Assembly (NCBI GenBank): GCA_951406725.2
Contig: CATOCA020000008.1
Coordinates: forward strand, 62,001 to 126,000
Direction of reading: 5' to 3'
DNA: 64,000 nucleotides
DNA from: Octopus vulgaris
Taxonomy: Eukaryota
Made by a program: the position numbers and the translations under genes. The notes under the pieces are model-generated. The model was not told the DNA's origin, made no database searches, and saw only the letters and a list, made by a program, of their open reading frames with translations. This document shows, in pieces, positions 1 through 14,390 of the stretch (its first letter is position 1; every line of letters starts with the position of its first letter).

Positions 1-395
1 ATTATATCGACCCCAGTGCATAATTGGTACTTATTTAATCGACCCCGAAAGGATGAAAGGCAAAGTCGACCTCGGCGGAATTTGAACTCAGAACGTAGCG
101 GCATACGAAATACCTATTTCTATTTCTTTACTACCCACAAGGGGCTAAACACAGAGAGGACAAACAATGACAGACAAACGGATTAAGTCGATTACATCGA
201 CCCCAGTGTGTAACTGGTACTTAATTTATCGACCGCGAAAGGATGAAAGGCAAAGTCGATCTCGTCGGAATTTGAACTCAGAACGTAACGGCAGACGAAA
301 TACAGCTACGCATTTCGCCCGGTATGCTAACATTTCTGCCAGCTTGCCGCTAAGCATTTCACCCGGCGTGCTGACGTTTCTGCCAGCTCGCCGCC
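1..395 (-). mobile_element. tRNA-derived SINE, head-to-tail dimer (family 1), cut by window edge
   Basis: Minus strand reads GGCGGCGAGCTGGCAGAAACG..AGC (A-box-like), GAGTTCAAATTCC (B box), GCCTTTCATCCTTTCGGGGTCGAT..AAGTACCAG body and a GCCCCTTGTGGGTAGTAAAGAAATA tail; the head is locally duplicated at ~310-395. Confidence 0.8.
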
Positions 396-1678
396 CTGTA
401 TTATAATCAAATGAATAATAAACATACGATGCATAACACTGGTCAACAGCCAAAATGCTTCTTACATATGAATATGTGCTTCTTACTAATTTTCTAGCGC
501 TGAATCCAGTTTTGACACTAATTTTTTGCTATCGGACCAGGATTTCTGTATATTGGATGGGACATATGTTCTGCGTACGGTCATTTCTATCCCTTTTTTA
601 AAATATGGTGAGCTATGTATATATACTAACCTAATGATTTATTTTGTTTTATTGGTTTTAACAATACTTCATATATTGAGAAAAATGGAAAAAGTCCTAA
701 AACGTTTTCCTGATTTTGCATCTACGCTTGTTCTGCTGGTGGTCCTCACATTGCAATGTCCAGCAGTAGTCTCCCAACATACGCAGAGTGAACTAACCCT
801 GATACCTGTTCTCCATTATCACAACGTCTTGGTGAAACTTTTCTCCGTGTCCATTACTGATGTCTCCTAGGTTATCTGGGAAGAAATCTTGCTGGCCAAT
901 CCTTTTTCAAGTAGTACTCCGCATCTGCTCTACTATTTCACAAATACAGAAAGCACATATGCTTTGTGTAACCAGTCAGAAGACCTAAAATAAGACTAAT
1001 CAATTTGAGATCCCCATAGTATTTCAAAATCACTAGAAATACAAGAATATTTTACCTTTGTATCTTTCACAAAAGTTTATCCTTCCCAGGTTGATTGTAA
1101 CCCCACTTGCTCTGTTTACGTCCGACCGAGTTCCCAAGCCATAGTCAACACTTCTATGTGTCACGCGGGACCTTGAAATATAACATCGCCTGGGAACAGT
1201 GCCCTTCCTTACAAATATTCAACCAGTGTCGTCACTCTGACGTGTTCTGTTGTAAAGAGGAGTTCAATCCATTATGTTCGTTAGCGGAAGTTAACTTCAA
1301 ACGAGACGGTATTGTACAAAAAATACACACATAAATAGTAAAACAATATAAGGCTTGGAGAAAAAATGCAAACAGAAAAATTGCAATTATATATATATAT
1401 ACATTTTGTAATGATCAATGAATGTTCACAGGGATTTCCGCCTCACCAACAAGAAATTCAATCACTGCTCTTTAAGGGAGTAGCCATTTTGAATTTTCTT
1501 TAGTAGTCTAAAAACCTGCAAAGTAAATATTTCAGAACGTAAATGATATAATTATTTAAAACTGGGAAAATTTTCAGTTACTTTTATCAAAAACTTTACA
1601 TGAAAATAAAAAAACGGCATTACTTTTTGATTCATCTTCGTACATATATATGTATGTATTTATATGAGTATATTTATG

Positions 1679-1717
<39 letters not shown>

Positions 1718-1721
<4 letters not shown>

Positions 1722-2162
1722 CTTTATAGCCCACAGGGGGCTAAACATAGAGCGGATAAACAAGGACAGAGAAAGGCAAAAGTCGATTACATCGACCCCA
1801 GTCCATAACTGGTACTTATTTAATCAACCCCGAAAAGATGAAAAGCAAATTCGACCTCGGTGGAATGTGAACTCAGAACGTAACGACAGACAAAATACCT
1901 ATTTCTTTATTACCCACAAGGGGCTAAACATAGAGGGGACAAACAAGGACAGACATAGGTATTAAGTCGATTACATCGACCCCAGTACGGAACTGGTAAT
2001 TAATTTATCGACTCCAGTGCGGAACTGGTACTTAATTTATCGACCCCGAAAGGATGAAAGGCAAAGTCAACCTCGGCGGAATTTGAATTCACAACGTAAC
2101 GCCAGACAAAATACCGCTAAGCATTTCGCCCGGCGTGCTCACGATTCTGCTAGCTCGCCGCC
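1718..2162 (-). mobile_element. tRNA-derived SINE dimer (family 1)
   Basis: Same head, body and tail as 1-395; two bodies and two tails; flanked by (AT)n on both sides. Confidence 0.8.
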
Positions 2163-2168
2163 TCATGC

Positions 2169-2263
<95 letters not shown>

Positions 2264-2319
2264 GATATATGGATATATGGATATATGTATATATATATAT
2301 ATATATGTATATGTATATG

Positions 2320-2353
<34 letters not shown>

Positions 2354-2582
2354 TAAATAATAATGCAATACGAGAGTATTGCTTTCCAGTAAAGAATAGC
2401 CCGTTAGGGAAAATTATACATAGAAGTAAATATATGGTACAACGAAGTACCGATATTTACTGGAAAATAGCGAACGTAATAAATACAACGCCAATGTATA
2501 GCTTCACCGCGTATGTACTAGCAAAAATGCGTGTGTGCAACAAACTTGAAAAAAATTGTCTTACCTCCAGGGAGAACATCTG

Positions 2583-5323
2583 AAAGATGATATACCTAGA
2601 AAGGGATAATGTGGTACCACTGACACCAACACACACACCACAAAAATATTTCTACTGAACGTAGGAGGGCTGCTGCGCGGCAACTGTAAAAGGAAAATCT
2701 CATTCCTGAGAGACCTTGTGGCATGCAATCAAGCTATATGCATGGCACTCATAGAAACGCATCTTGGACCCGATATAGGGGATGCAGAAATACACATACC
2801 GCAATATGCAGTCATACGCTCAGATAGAAAGTGAAGGAGCCATGGTGGAGTTGCAATGTACATCCGAGATGACCTCACGCTCCAGGTCCTGTTGTCATAT
2901 TCAAACTCAGTGTGTGACACTCAAATTGTACACATAAGACAACTGAATATCGTCATATGTACTACATATCGCCCACCAGATGCCCCCAAATCACTCAGGT
3001 ATGTCTGAAGACTGCCTAACAAAAATATAAGTTCTCACCAACCTGGAACAACACGACAGTGTATTCTTCATGGGTGACTTTAACTTCCCAATGTGGAATG
3101 ACCTGGGGGGACAGATGCTCCCAGGGATGACACACCATCAGCAGGCACAGGCAGAGTCCCTGCTCCATCTCACAAATGCCTCTTTCATGGAGCAAATAGT
3201 TCTGCAACCAACAAGGGCAGATAATATACTGGATCTCTGCTTCAAAAACAATATAGATATTATCCATAATGTTAAAGTGATGCCGACAACGATCTCGGAT
3301 CACAACATAATAGAGCTGTCTATGTAATGAACAAAAGCCCCCGTAGACACACGGCCTATACGAAGCATCCACAATCTCTCCAACTTAAACTTTCATAAAG
3401 CAAACTGGAAGTTGATTGAGAAAGAGATCCTCAAACAGGATTGGCCTAAATGTCTCTCCACACCGGACATTAACATGAAACACAAACACTTCATGTCCAT
3501 AATACAAGCCATATGTGACAAATATGTCCCAGTGTGCAGGGCCAGCACACACAAAAACAAAAACAGGATCCCTAGAGAAAGGAAGATTCTTATGAGACGA
3601 CGGACAAGGACTGCGAACCGCCCGAGCAACCACACCAAAAGTGGTGAGATGTCTCGGCTCGAGAGAATGCTAATGGAAATTGAGAAAAGTCTGCATCAAT
3701 CTCATGAAAAGGAGAGAGCAGATAAAGAAGCTTGGGTTATAGAAAATATAAAGTCAAACCCTAAAGCTTTCTTTAAGTTTGCCAAAGAGACAGCCACAGT
3801 GCACCAGAGAATAGGACCTCTCTTCCAAAAAGATGGCTCTCTCACAGGAAGTCCAAAGAGGATAAGTGAAATACTGAACGAACAGTTCCAAAGTGTATTC
3901 ACTACACTTCTAGGACACAGGCAAGTAAACAACCCAGAAGAATTCTTTGCCACTTTACCTGCGGCCAAAGAGGCAAAAATTGAGTACATCAACATTGAAG
4001 ATGATGATATCTCACTAGCCATAGATGAGATTGACACAAACTCAGCTGCTGGACCTGATGGATTTCCAGCGATCCTTCTCAAGTCGTGCAAATGAGCCCT
4101 TGCAAAACCGTTACAACTTCTTTTTCAGAGCTTTCTTGCAAATGATAAGCTCCCAGTCAAATTGAAAGAGGGGGTAATATGCCCTATCCATAAGGGAGGT
4201 AGCAGAGCAGATGCTAAAAATTATAGGCCTATCTCTCTGACCTCACACATCAGCAAAGTCATGGAACGAATAGTCCGCAAGAAACTAATCATGTTACTTG
4301 AAGAAAATGACTTGCTGACTGACACCCAGCATGGATTTCGACTAGGTAGAAGCTGCCTAACACAACTCCTGCAACACTATTACTGGGTGTTAAAACAGCT
4401 ACTAAATGGCTCAAATGTGGATGTGATATATCTCGACTTTGCAAAAGCCTTTGATAAAGTCGACCATGGTATGATTTGTCACAAACTGCATAGGCGGAGA
4501 CAGAAGACAGGCAGTGGTGTCCAATGGAGCCACCTCCAAGGAAACACAAATAACAGGCAGATTGGATACACTGGCCCGGGAAGAATTGCAATCCCTGAGT
4601 CAAAATCAGTGCGTGACCTGGGCATTGACATGAGCAATGATGCATCTTTCCAAGTGCATATTACTAATCTGGTGATAAAATGCAGACGGCTAGCTGGATG
4701 GATTCTCCGAACTTTCAGAACAAGAGAGAAGGAAACACTGATGGTTCTCTGGAAAACTTTCGTCCTCAGCCGCTTGGACTACTGCTCCCAACTATGGTCA
4801 CCACACAATTCAAAGAAGCTACACAAAGAAGATCGTCTCAATGCAAAATACAAAGAAGATCGTCTCAATGCAAAATATCAGCTTCTGGGAAAGACTGAAA
4901 GCATTAAACCTCTTCTCCCTAGAGCGAAGGCGGGAGAGATATGCGGTGATATACATCTGGAAAATCCCAAACTTTGGCATTCAAAGATTCCAAAATCACC
5001 ATCAAAATACAGGATTAGATACTGCAACAGCTTAGGTTTCAGAGGACCACAGCTCTTTACATCCCTAAATGCCTGAGAGACTTGCATGGTGTGGATGTGG
5101 GTTTCTTTAAAACTAAACTGGATCTCTTCTTGTCGGGGGTCCCAGATGAACCTACCTCACGACAGGAGACACAGATGCGGGCAGCGGCATCGAATTCCCT
5201 TGTTGACCAAGTGCCACGTATCAGAGGTGGATTCACATATTAGTGTAGCTCACTCAGCGGTGGTGCCCCAGCATGACCGCGGCCTTCGGGCTAAAACATT
5301 TTTAAGGATTTAAGGATTTAAGG

Positions 5324-5325
<2 letters not shown>
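2583..5325 (+). mobile_element. CR1-group LINE, degenerate ORF2 (APE endonuclease plus partial RT)
   Basis: APE motifs (LLNVGGL, ETHL, GDFNFP, LDL, SDH) and RT motifs (NYRPISLTSHISK, QHGFR, YLDFAKAFDKVDH). The GVPQG/YADD block present in the 10103 ORF is missing near 4490-4560. Stops and frameshifts present; (TTTAAGGA)n tail. Confidence 0.9.
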
Positions 5326-5405
<80 letters not shown>

Positions 5406-5642
5406 CGATCGTTTGAGCAGTCACTATTGACGAGCCTACGACTGATGAGCGAAACTAGTCTAATCTAATAATCCTAGGGACTCAAGCAGGACGGTTGGGT
5501 CCCCGGTCAGGAGCTTCTTACAACATTATGTGCTTTTAACTTATTTCTTGTAATATAGGTGATTTGGCACCCTCTGTCATCTTTATGGTATTATGTTACT
5601 TCTAGTTGTTTACATACATACATACATACATATATATATATT

Positions 5643-5674
<32 letters not shown>

Positions 5675-6013
5675 AGTTCAGTAAAATTTAGATTCAGATG
5701 AATATGGTACTTAAGTTAAAGGCACCAGAATTTAGTATGGTATTATCCATATAGTTCAAAATGGGGTGATTATAACCAAAATAAGCAACAAGGATATCCA
5801 AAGGTAATACAGTACGATCGTTCATGCGACTCCATTTCATTAAACAATGCAAGTATTACATCAGTTTTAAAATGTAGAGTAATCTTCAGCTGCATAAAAA
5901 TATAGAATTTAGTTAAATTCGAAGGATTCATTTGTATAATTTTCATTTTGTCCAAAACTTCCAAGAGGATAAGTAGATTGACAAAGAACATGTTTTATCA
6001 ACAACATCACAGT
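5675..6013 (-). mobile_element. Penelope-like terminal repeat fragment with hammerhead fold
   Basis: Near-identical to 31625-31960 and similar to the terminus at 44550-44770; minus strand ATGCAG-CTGAAGA...GAAC-GATC-GTA-CTGTAT at 5807-5895 (one A missing from GAAA). Confidence 0.6.
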
Positions 6014-6077
<64 letters not shown>

Positions 6078-6121
6078 TGGGCAAACGAAAGAAGGTCACT
6101 CAACACATTTATTGGGAGTTA

Positions 6122-6285
6122 CATGTATGGATCAAAACAGTTTGATTCAAATTCGTTGGTACTCAGGGAGTGATGCTAATTTTCAGCCATTTTAAATTTG
6201 AAATTCAAAGTGGCTGAAAATTAAAACCACGCTTGAAACTCTCGGAGTACCAACGAATTTGAATCAAGCAGTTTTGATTCACACG
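6122..6285. repeat. Short fold-back element (MITE-like)
   Basis: ATCAAAACAGTTTGATTCAAATTCGTTGGTACTC pairs with GAGTACCAACGAATTTGAATCAAGCAGTTTTGAT; inner AATTTTCAGCCA/TGGCTGAAAATT stem. Confidence 0.7.
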
Positions 6286-6545
6286 GACACAGACACACAC
6301 ACAGGCACACACACACATACACACACAATATATAATGTGTGTGTGTGTAGGTGTATGCATGTGTATATCTATGTGTGTTTGTTTCTATCTCAAGTTATAA
6401 TATCAATATAATATTTAAGCGAAGGATTAAATACTGTTTAGTAAAGTACATATTAACTTTTACAAGGAAATGGTTGACAGTGACATCGAAGTTTGGAGTT
6501 CATCAGTTTGATGAAGGCAAGCAAACAAGCGGAACATTCGAAGTG

Positions 6546-6611
<66 letters not shown>

Positions 6612-6957
6612 ATAGCATAATTAAACATCTTAAAATAATGCAAGGAAGCGCATTGTGAGCAGCGATATGAAATAAAATCGATGGTCTGGTCGATACCAGC
6701 TTCTTATCACACATCCACGCCTGTGTGTATTTATGTATGTATGTATGTATGTATGTATGTATGTATGTATGTATGTATGTACGTACGTACGTACGTATGT
6801 ATGTATGTATGTATGTATGTATGTATGTATGTATGTATGTATGTATGCGTGCGTATGTGTGTGTATATATATATTGATAGATAGGTACACTTGTAGATGT
6901 TATGTATCTATACATCACCTCTCTCTACACACGCATGTACACAAATATATGGGTGTG

Positions 6958-6993
<36 letters not shown>

Positions 6994-7150
6994 ATTGAGA
7001 GGAAATGAAAACTAGGAGAAATTCCTTCCCCTTTTTTTATAGGAGGAATTTCTCCTAGTTTTCATTCCCACGATGTCGGCGCGTGTGTATACTTATTGAA
7101 GTAGTTTGACTTTAGATTCGCATTAAAGCATGTGGCTTTTACGCACAGTA

Positions 7151-7184
<34 letters not shown>

Positions 7185-7199
7185 TTGTGTGTATGTTTC

Positions 7200-8115
7200 C
7201 CTCTACATAGAAAATAACTGGAAGGGATACATGGATGACTGTTTCATTCTTTGTCATGAATGTATAGAAAGACTTCAAGAATTCCAAGCACTTCTAAATG
7301 GACTTGACATAAACATTCAACTCACGATGGAATATAACCATCAACAACTTCCCTTCCTCGACATCCTCATTAAGAAATCTAACAACGTAATAGAAACAGA
7401 TATATACTATAAGCCCACAGACTCCAAGCAATATCTACCGTTCTACTCATGCCACCCCAGACACTTAGCAAAAAGGAAATGTACTATAGTTTCTAATGCA
7501 AGCACCAGAGACACACGATCACATGAACTAAAGGATACACTCATCACCAGGAACTACCCACCTTCACTAATTGACATATGCTTTCAACGTGCCCTTCAGC
7601 TCAACATCCATGAACTCAGACATCTCAAATTAAAGAAGGATTTACAACCAAAAACCCTACCATAATCTCCAAACATAATCCTCTAAACAATGAAGCTTCA
7701 AAACATTCCCCTGCTAAAAAAGGACCACAGAATGAACTTAATCCTCCAAATACACACCATTATAAAAAGCAACCCAAATCTATGAAAAGTCTCCTAACAC
7801 AAGCCCGAATACGCTCAACAACAATACAGAAGCCGTCAGTAACAAAATGCAGAAGACCCAACTGTGGGATATGCGTCAATTTAATTGAGGGATCAGAGTT
7901 CTACAAACAGGGACAACGTTTCGCAGTCAAAAGCAGCTTCACATGTGCTCCGGAGAACCTGATATACGCACTAACCTGCTCTGGGTGTCAGGAGCAATAC
8001 ATAGGCCAAACAAAAAACAGTCTTCGCCACCTCCTTCCTAACTTTACTACTATTGCTGTTTAGAATAACACCTTCGCAAATTTTACAAACAATACATTCA
8101 AAAGAGATGTCTCAA
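7200..8115 (+). mobile_element. Penelope-like element remnant (RT C-terminus plus GIY-YIG, Neptune-like)
   Basis: YMDD, LPFLD and DIYYKPTDSKQYL motifs (7132-7665 ORF); CxxxxCxxC linker and NLIYALTCSGCQEQYIGQT (7782-8063 ORF). Confidence 0.85.
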
Positions 8116-8465
8116 GAATTCATTCACTACTACCATCCACAACAAGTCACTTTCAGGGCACTTAACCATTTAACATCCTACTACTGTCATAGCACTCCCG
8201 CATTCTCCTCTTCCTCCTCCTCCTCCTCCTTCTTCTTCATCTTCTTCTTCTTCTTCTTCTTCTTCTTCTTCTTCTTCTTCTTCTTCTTCTTCTTCTTCTT
8301 CTTCTTCTTCTTCTTCTTCCTTTTCTTCCCTGCCAAGAATTCACAACCACCTCGAATCCATAAGAGTAAGCAAGAGAGACAGAGACAGACAAAAACAAGG
8401 AAAATGCCACTTGTATTTGACTACTATGCAAATATTCTTTAAAAAAAACTTTTCTTTTAATCCAC

Positions 8466-8541
<76 letters not shown>

Positions 8542-9146
8542 TAAAAATGGAGTTAACGCAGGTGTAAACAAGTATTTTTACTTTCTACACATGTTTCAAA
8601 AATTCCGCTGATACTATTCAAAAGAATAAATGGTATAAACAATGCAATCTTCTCTTCGGGAAAGTGAAAAAAACGAAACTCGTCAATACGACATTTTAGC
8701 AAAAAATGATGGATTTGTATAGCGATAGACAGAACGCTATTAATATTGTTTAAAAAAACCTTATATGATATAACGTCATTAATATTTAACAGTTTGTTAT
8801 TATGAGAGGATATAATTTGCAAGAGATTTTTTGTGTTTGAAAAACCTATCCTAACCTTATGTGAATTAATTATAGAGTAATATCTAGAATTGTTTGGAAA
8901 ATTCCTAGCAATAGCTTGACGAAACAGCAGTGGGAGATTAGATTTAATTTGTCTCCCGTAAGGAATTATTAACCAAATATTTTTACTAGTATTCATAGCG
9001 TAATTACTTTTGAAGGTGCTATATTTACTTTTAGATCGATAATAGGGGATTAAATAAGGGTTAATTTAGCTAATACCATCCAACCCTCTAGAAATATTAA
9101 TAACAAGGTTATTGTATCTGAAGTCAATTCCAATAGAATTAAATTT

Positions 9147-9536
9147 ATGTCAAGTAACTCTAAGATTAAAAATTCTATATACCAGTGTATAATCAGTACT
9201 CGTAATAAAGTACGATTTTACATTGGAAGCACATCGTTAGAGTTATCTAAAAGAATTTCTATCCATTACTCAACATTTAGGGATAGAAATAAACGGAATA
9301 GTACCGGTCTCAGCAAACTGATTTGGGATTTAAAAGACCACAATGAACAATTTCATTTAGAATGGTTGATCCTCTCAATTTCGATACCATATGACAAAGG
9401 CAAGAAATTCTGTCTTCTCTGCAATTCTGAGCTATTTTTCATTATTTTTTCTAAAAATACTCTAGTAAACACGGTTATAGAACGAGCATACAGATGTAAG
9501 CATTGGCAGAAACATACATTTAGTGCATATAAGTAG
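9147..9536 (+). CDS. GIY-YIG endonuclease domain (C-terminal fragment of Penelope-like ORF)
   Basis: SIYQC...FYIGST...RISIH...GLSKLIW...CLLCNSE...LVN...CKH. Confidence 0.8.
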   Translation: MSSNSKIKNSIYQCIISTRNKVRFYIGSTSLELSKRISIHYSTFRDRNKRNSTGLSKLIWDLKDHNEQFHLEWLILSISIPYDKGKKFCLLCNSELFFIIFSKNTLVNTVIERAYRCKHWQKHTFSAYK

Positions 9537-9730
9537 TCTCTATCATTATATAATTTAAACTTTAATTTCCTTTATATTTAACATTCACTATTAATATCCC
9601 TACTCTTTCTGTTAGCTACTTATGACGTTATATCATATAAGGTTTTTTTAAACAATATTAATAGCGTTCTGTCTATCGCTATACAAATCCATCATTTTTT
9701 GCTAAAATGTCGTATTGACGAGTTTCGTTT

Positions 9731-9826
9731 TTTTCACTTTCCCGAAGAGAAGATTGCATTGTTTATACCATTTATTCTTTTGAATAGTATCAGTGGAATT
9801 TTCGAAACATGTGTAGAAAGTAAAAA
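9731..9826 (+). ncRNA. Type I minimal hammerhead ribozyme in Penelope terminal repeat
   Basis: Stem I TTTTCACTTTC/GAAAGTAAAAA, core CCGAAGA, long stem II GAAGATT.CATTG/CAGTG.AATTTTC, then GAAAC-ATGT-GTA. Further copies near 8575-8670(-), 25712-25806(-) and 26777-26871(+). Confidence 0.7.
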
Positions 9827-10015
9827 TACTTGTTTAAACCTGCGTTAACTCCATTTTTTATTCATATTATTCAAAATATTCAACGTAAACACGAAGTTTC
9901 AACCTTTATAAACAAGGAGTTACAACATCTTTATTTGTGAGATTTTTGCTGCCCTGGTAACTATTTATTTATTTTTCCGTGTTAATTGTTAACAAGGTAA
10001 AAATTCACTCATCTA

Positions 10016-10056
<41 letters not shown>

Positions 10057-10065
10057 ATGTATATA

Positions 10066-12121
10066 TTGAAAGCAGTGAAAATCCCGCCTAAAAATAAAAC
10101 TGTTGGAAATCGAAAAATGTCTGCAACTCTCCCATGAAAAGGAAAGAGCAGACAAAGAAGCCTGGGCTATAGACAACATAAAATCTAACCCCAGAGCTTT
10201 CTACAGGTATGCCAAAGAAACAGCTACGGTGCACTGTAGAATAGGGCCACTCCTCGAAAAGGATGGCACACTTACAGGAAAACCAATGAGGGTAAGTGAA
10301 ATACTGAATGAGCAATTCAAGAGTGTTTTCACTCCACCCCTTGGGCATCTCCAAATCACCAATCCAACTGACTTTTTTACCACTGCAGATATAAAATCAG
10401 AGGCGGCGACGATAGATTACATCGATATAAAGGAAGACGATGTAATCAAGGCTATAGATGAAATGAAAACAGACTCAGCTACTGGCCCCGATGGATTCCC
10501 GGCAATCCTCCTAAAAGCATGTAAGAGAGTCCTAGCAAGACCACTGCAGTTCCTCTTTCAGAGCTTCCTTGCAGCTGGCAAACTCCCAAGAAAACTGAAG
10601 GAAGGTAAAATATGCCCCATTCATAAAGGAGGTAGCAGAGCGGAAGCCAAGAACTATAGACCTATCTCTCAGACCTCACACATCAGCAAGGTCATGGAAC
10701 GAATAGTCAGAAGGAAGCTGATCACCTTCCTTGAAGAGAATGACTTGCTGCCCGACACCCAACATGGTTTCCGACCAGGGAGAAGCTGTTTAACTCAGCT
10801 CCTACAACACTATGACTGGGTGCTGAAACGGCTGCTCAACCACTCAAATGTGGAAGTGATATATCTCGACTTTGCAAAGGCCTTTGATAAAGTCGATCAT
10901 GGAATGATATGTCACAAACTGCGCGATCTCAACATAGTTGGAAAACTAGGAGAATGGCTTCATGACTTTCTGAAAGATAGAAGTCAGGTGGTAGTGGCCA
11001 ATGGAGCCACTTCCATTAATACGCAAATAGTGAGCGGTGTTCCGCAGGGCACTGTTCTGGGACCACTACTGTTCATAATGGCCCTCTCAGACATGCCCTC
11101 AGCCACGCAGAGAGCCACGATCACAAGTTATGCAGATGATACAAAAGTTTCACAGGCAATACAGAACCCTGAAGACACTAAGCACCTGCAATGTGAGCTG
11201 GACGAAATATACAAGTGGGCTGAAAAGAATAGCATGCAGTTCAATGCTGAAAAGTTTCAAGCTTTATACTATCAGCATGCAAAACTGAATGCAATACCCA
11301 AGGAATACACTGGACCCGGAGGAATAGCAATCCCAGAGGCACAATCAGTGCGTGACCTAGGTATTTACATGAGTGATGACGCGACCTTTCGTGTACATGT
11401 TGGTAAATTGGCAATGAAATGTAGACGACTGGCCGGATGGATCCTCAGAACCTTTAGAACAAGAGAACAAGAAACCATGATGGTCCTCTGGAGGACACTT
11501 GTCCTAAGCCACTTTGACTACTGCTCTCAGTTATGGTCACCATCCAGTGTCAAGTTGATCACAGAGCTCGAGGCGATCCAACGTAGCTACACGAAGAAGA
11601 TAGCCTCTATGCAGAATGTAAGCTACTGGGAAAGACTCAAGAGATTAAAACTATATTCCCTGGAGCGTAGGCGGGAAAGATATGCCATAATATACATCTG
11701 GAAGATCCTGGAGGGACGTGTCCTGAACTTTGGCATCGAGAGTTACGCAAATGCCAGAACTGGGCGCCACTGCGTGGTGCCTAGGACTCCAAACTTGCCA
11801 TCAAGATGTAGGACAAGATTCTGTGATAGCCTGGGCTTCCGAGGCCCACCGCTCTTCAATATCCTCCCGAAGAACCTGAGAGACCTGCATGGGGTGGATG
11901 CAGATGTCTTTAAAATGAAGCTGGATCTCTTCCTGTCAGGTGTCCCAGATGAACCAACTTCACGGCAGGAGGGGCAGATGAGGGCAGCTGCATCGAACTC
12001 TCTCATGCACCAAATGGCAGTTGCTAGAAAGCTTTCGTGAAGTGAAACCAAGTAGCAACACCAAATGGCGGTGCCCCAGCATGGCCACAGCTCATAAGCT
12101 GAAACTAAAATCAATCAATCA

Positions 12122-12124
<3 letters not shown>
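10066..12124 (+). mobile_element. CR1-group LINE, 5'-truncated, probably young
   Basis: Uninterrupted RT ORF; 3' UTR GGCGGTGCCCCAGCATGGCC; (AATC)n tail; inserted between (AT)n tracts. Confidence 0.92.
10103..12040 (+). CDS. Non-LTR reverse transcriptase (ORF2 without endonuclease domain)
   Basis: NYRPIS, QHGFRPGRSC, YLDFAKAFDKVDH, SGVPQGTVLGPLLF, YADD, RDLG, SLERRRERY; 645 aa without a stop. Confidence 0.92.
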   Translation: MEIEKCLQLSHEKERADKEAWAIDNIKSNPRAFYRYAKETATVHCRIGPLLEKDGTLTGKPMRVSEILNEQFKSVFTPPLGHLQITNPTDFFTTADIKSEAATIDYIDIKEDDVIKAIDEMKTDSATGPDGFPAILLKACKRVLARPLQFLFQSFLAAGKLPRKLKEGKICPIHKGGSRAEAKNYRPISQTSHISKVMERIVRRKLITFLEENDLLPDTQHGFRPGRSCLTQLLQHYDWVLKRLLNHSNVEVIYLDFAKAFDKVDHGMICHKLRDLNIVGKLGEWLHDFLKDRSQVVVANGATSINTQIVSGVPQGTVLGPLLFIMALSDMPSATQRATITSYADDTKVSQAIQNPEDTKHLQCELDEIYKWAEKNSMQFNAEKFQALYYQHAKLNAIPKEYTGPGGIAIPEAQSVRDLGIYMSDDATFRVHVGKLAMKCRRLAGWILRTFRTREQETMMVLWRTLVLSHFDYCSQLWSPSSVKLITELEAIQRSYTKKIASMQNVSYWERLKRLKLYSLERRRERYAIIYIWKILEGRVLNFGIESYANARTGRHCVVPRTPNLPSRCRTRFCDSLGFRGPPLFNILPKNLRDLHGVDADVFKMKLDLFLSGVPDEPTSRQEGQMRAAASNSLMHQMAVARKLS

Positions 12125-12193
<69 letters not shown>

Positions 12194-12197
<4 letters not shown>

Positions 12198-12364
12198 TAA
12201 AAAAGAATTCCAACCTTGTCTGATTTTCACGTTTTATTTACAATCTTATAATGATATATTATAAGATAATATATTATAATTGAGTAAAATAAAATGAAAT
12301 AGTAGAATGTTAAATATTCATTCTGATTGAACTAGTACAAGGTTGGAATTCTTTTTATTAATAT
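12194..12364. repeat. Short inverted-repeat element in (AT)n
   Basis: TAATAAAAAAGAATTCCAACCTTGT pairs with ACAAGGTTGGAATTCTTTTTATTA. Confidence 0.7.
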
Positions 12365-12390
12365 ATTCTTCTATACACAATCACACACAC

Positions 12391-14090
<1,700 letters not shown>

Positions 14091-14092
14091 GT

Positions 14093-14390
14093 GGAGGCGC
14101 AATGGCCCAGTGGTTAGGACAGCAGACTCGCGGTCGTAGGATCGCGGTTTCGATTCCCAGACCGGGCGTTGTGAGTGTTTAATGAGCGAAAACACCTAAA
14201 AGCTCCACGAGGCTCCGGCAGGGGTGGTGATCCCTGCTGTACTCTTTCACCACACTTTCTTTTACTTTTTCTTCTGTTGGCCTGCTCGCTTAGCCAGCGG
14301 GGTGGCGTCATTTGAAGGCTAAAACAATGCGAACGCATTGTGACCAGCGATGTGTAACAACATCTGATGGTCTGGTCGGTCACATGATCA
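14093..14390 (+). mobile_element. tRNA-derived SINE (family 2)
   Basis: TGGCCCAGTGGTTAGG A box and GGTTTCGATTCCC B box followed by a non-tRNA body. Confidence 0.7.

Larger units (their letters stand above)
8538..10010 (+). mobile_element. Naiad-like Penelope element, 5'-truncated, with inverted upstream segment
   Basis: 8538-8780 is the reverse complement of ~9622-9866; 8780-9050 is an inverted piece of the RT-endonuclease linker; GIY-YIG ORF on +; both ends abut (AT)n. Confidence 0.85.

Noticed and set aside
5420-5465. Hammerhead-like TTGACGA..GAAAC-TA-GTC, and a similar CTGAAGA..GAAA-GTAC-TA at ~43615-43656 minus
   Set aside because: Stem I or stem II pairing is too weak to call; possibly decayed copies.
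7003-7066. Hairpin AATGAAAACTAGGAGAAATTCCT..AGGAATTTCTCCTAGTTTTCATT as a pre-miRNA or terminator
   Set aside because: Isolated inverted repeat beside a microsatellite, more simply a tiny fold-back remnant; no supporting context.
14093-14170. tRNA-like sequences here and at 36106, 38471 and 28718
   Set aside because: No complete cloverleaf, and each continues into a repeated SINE body.
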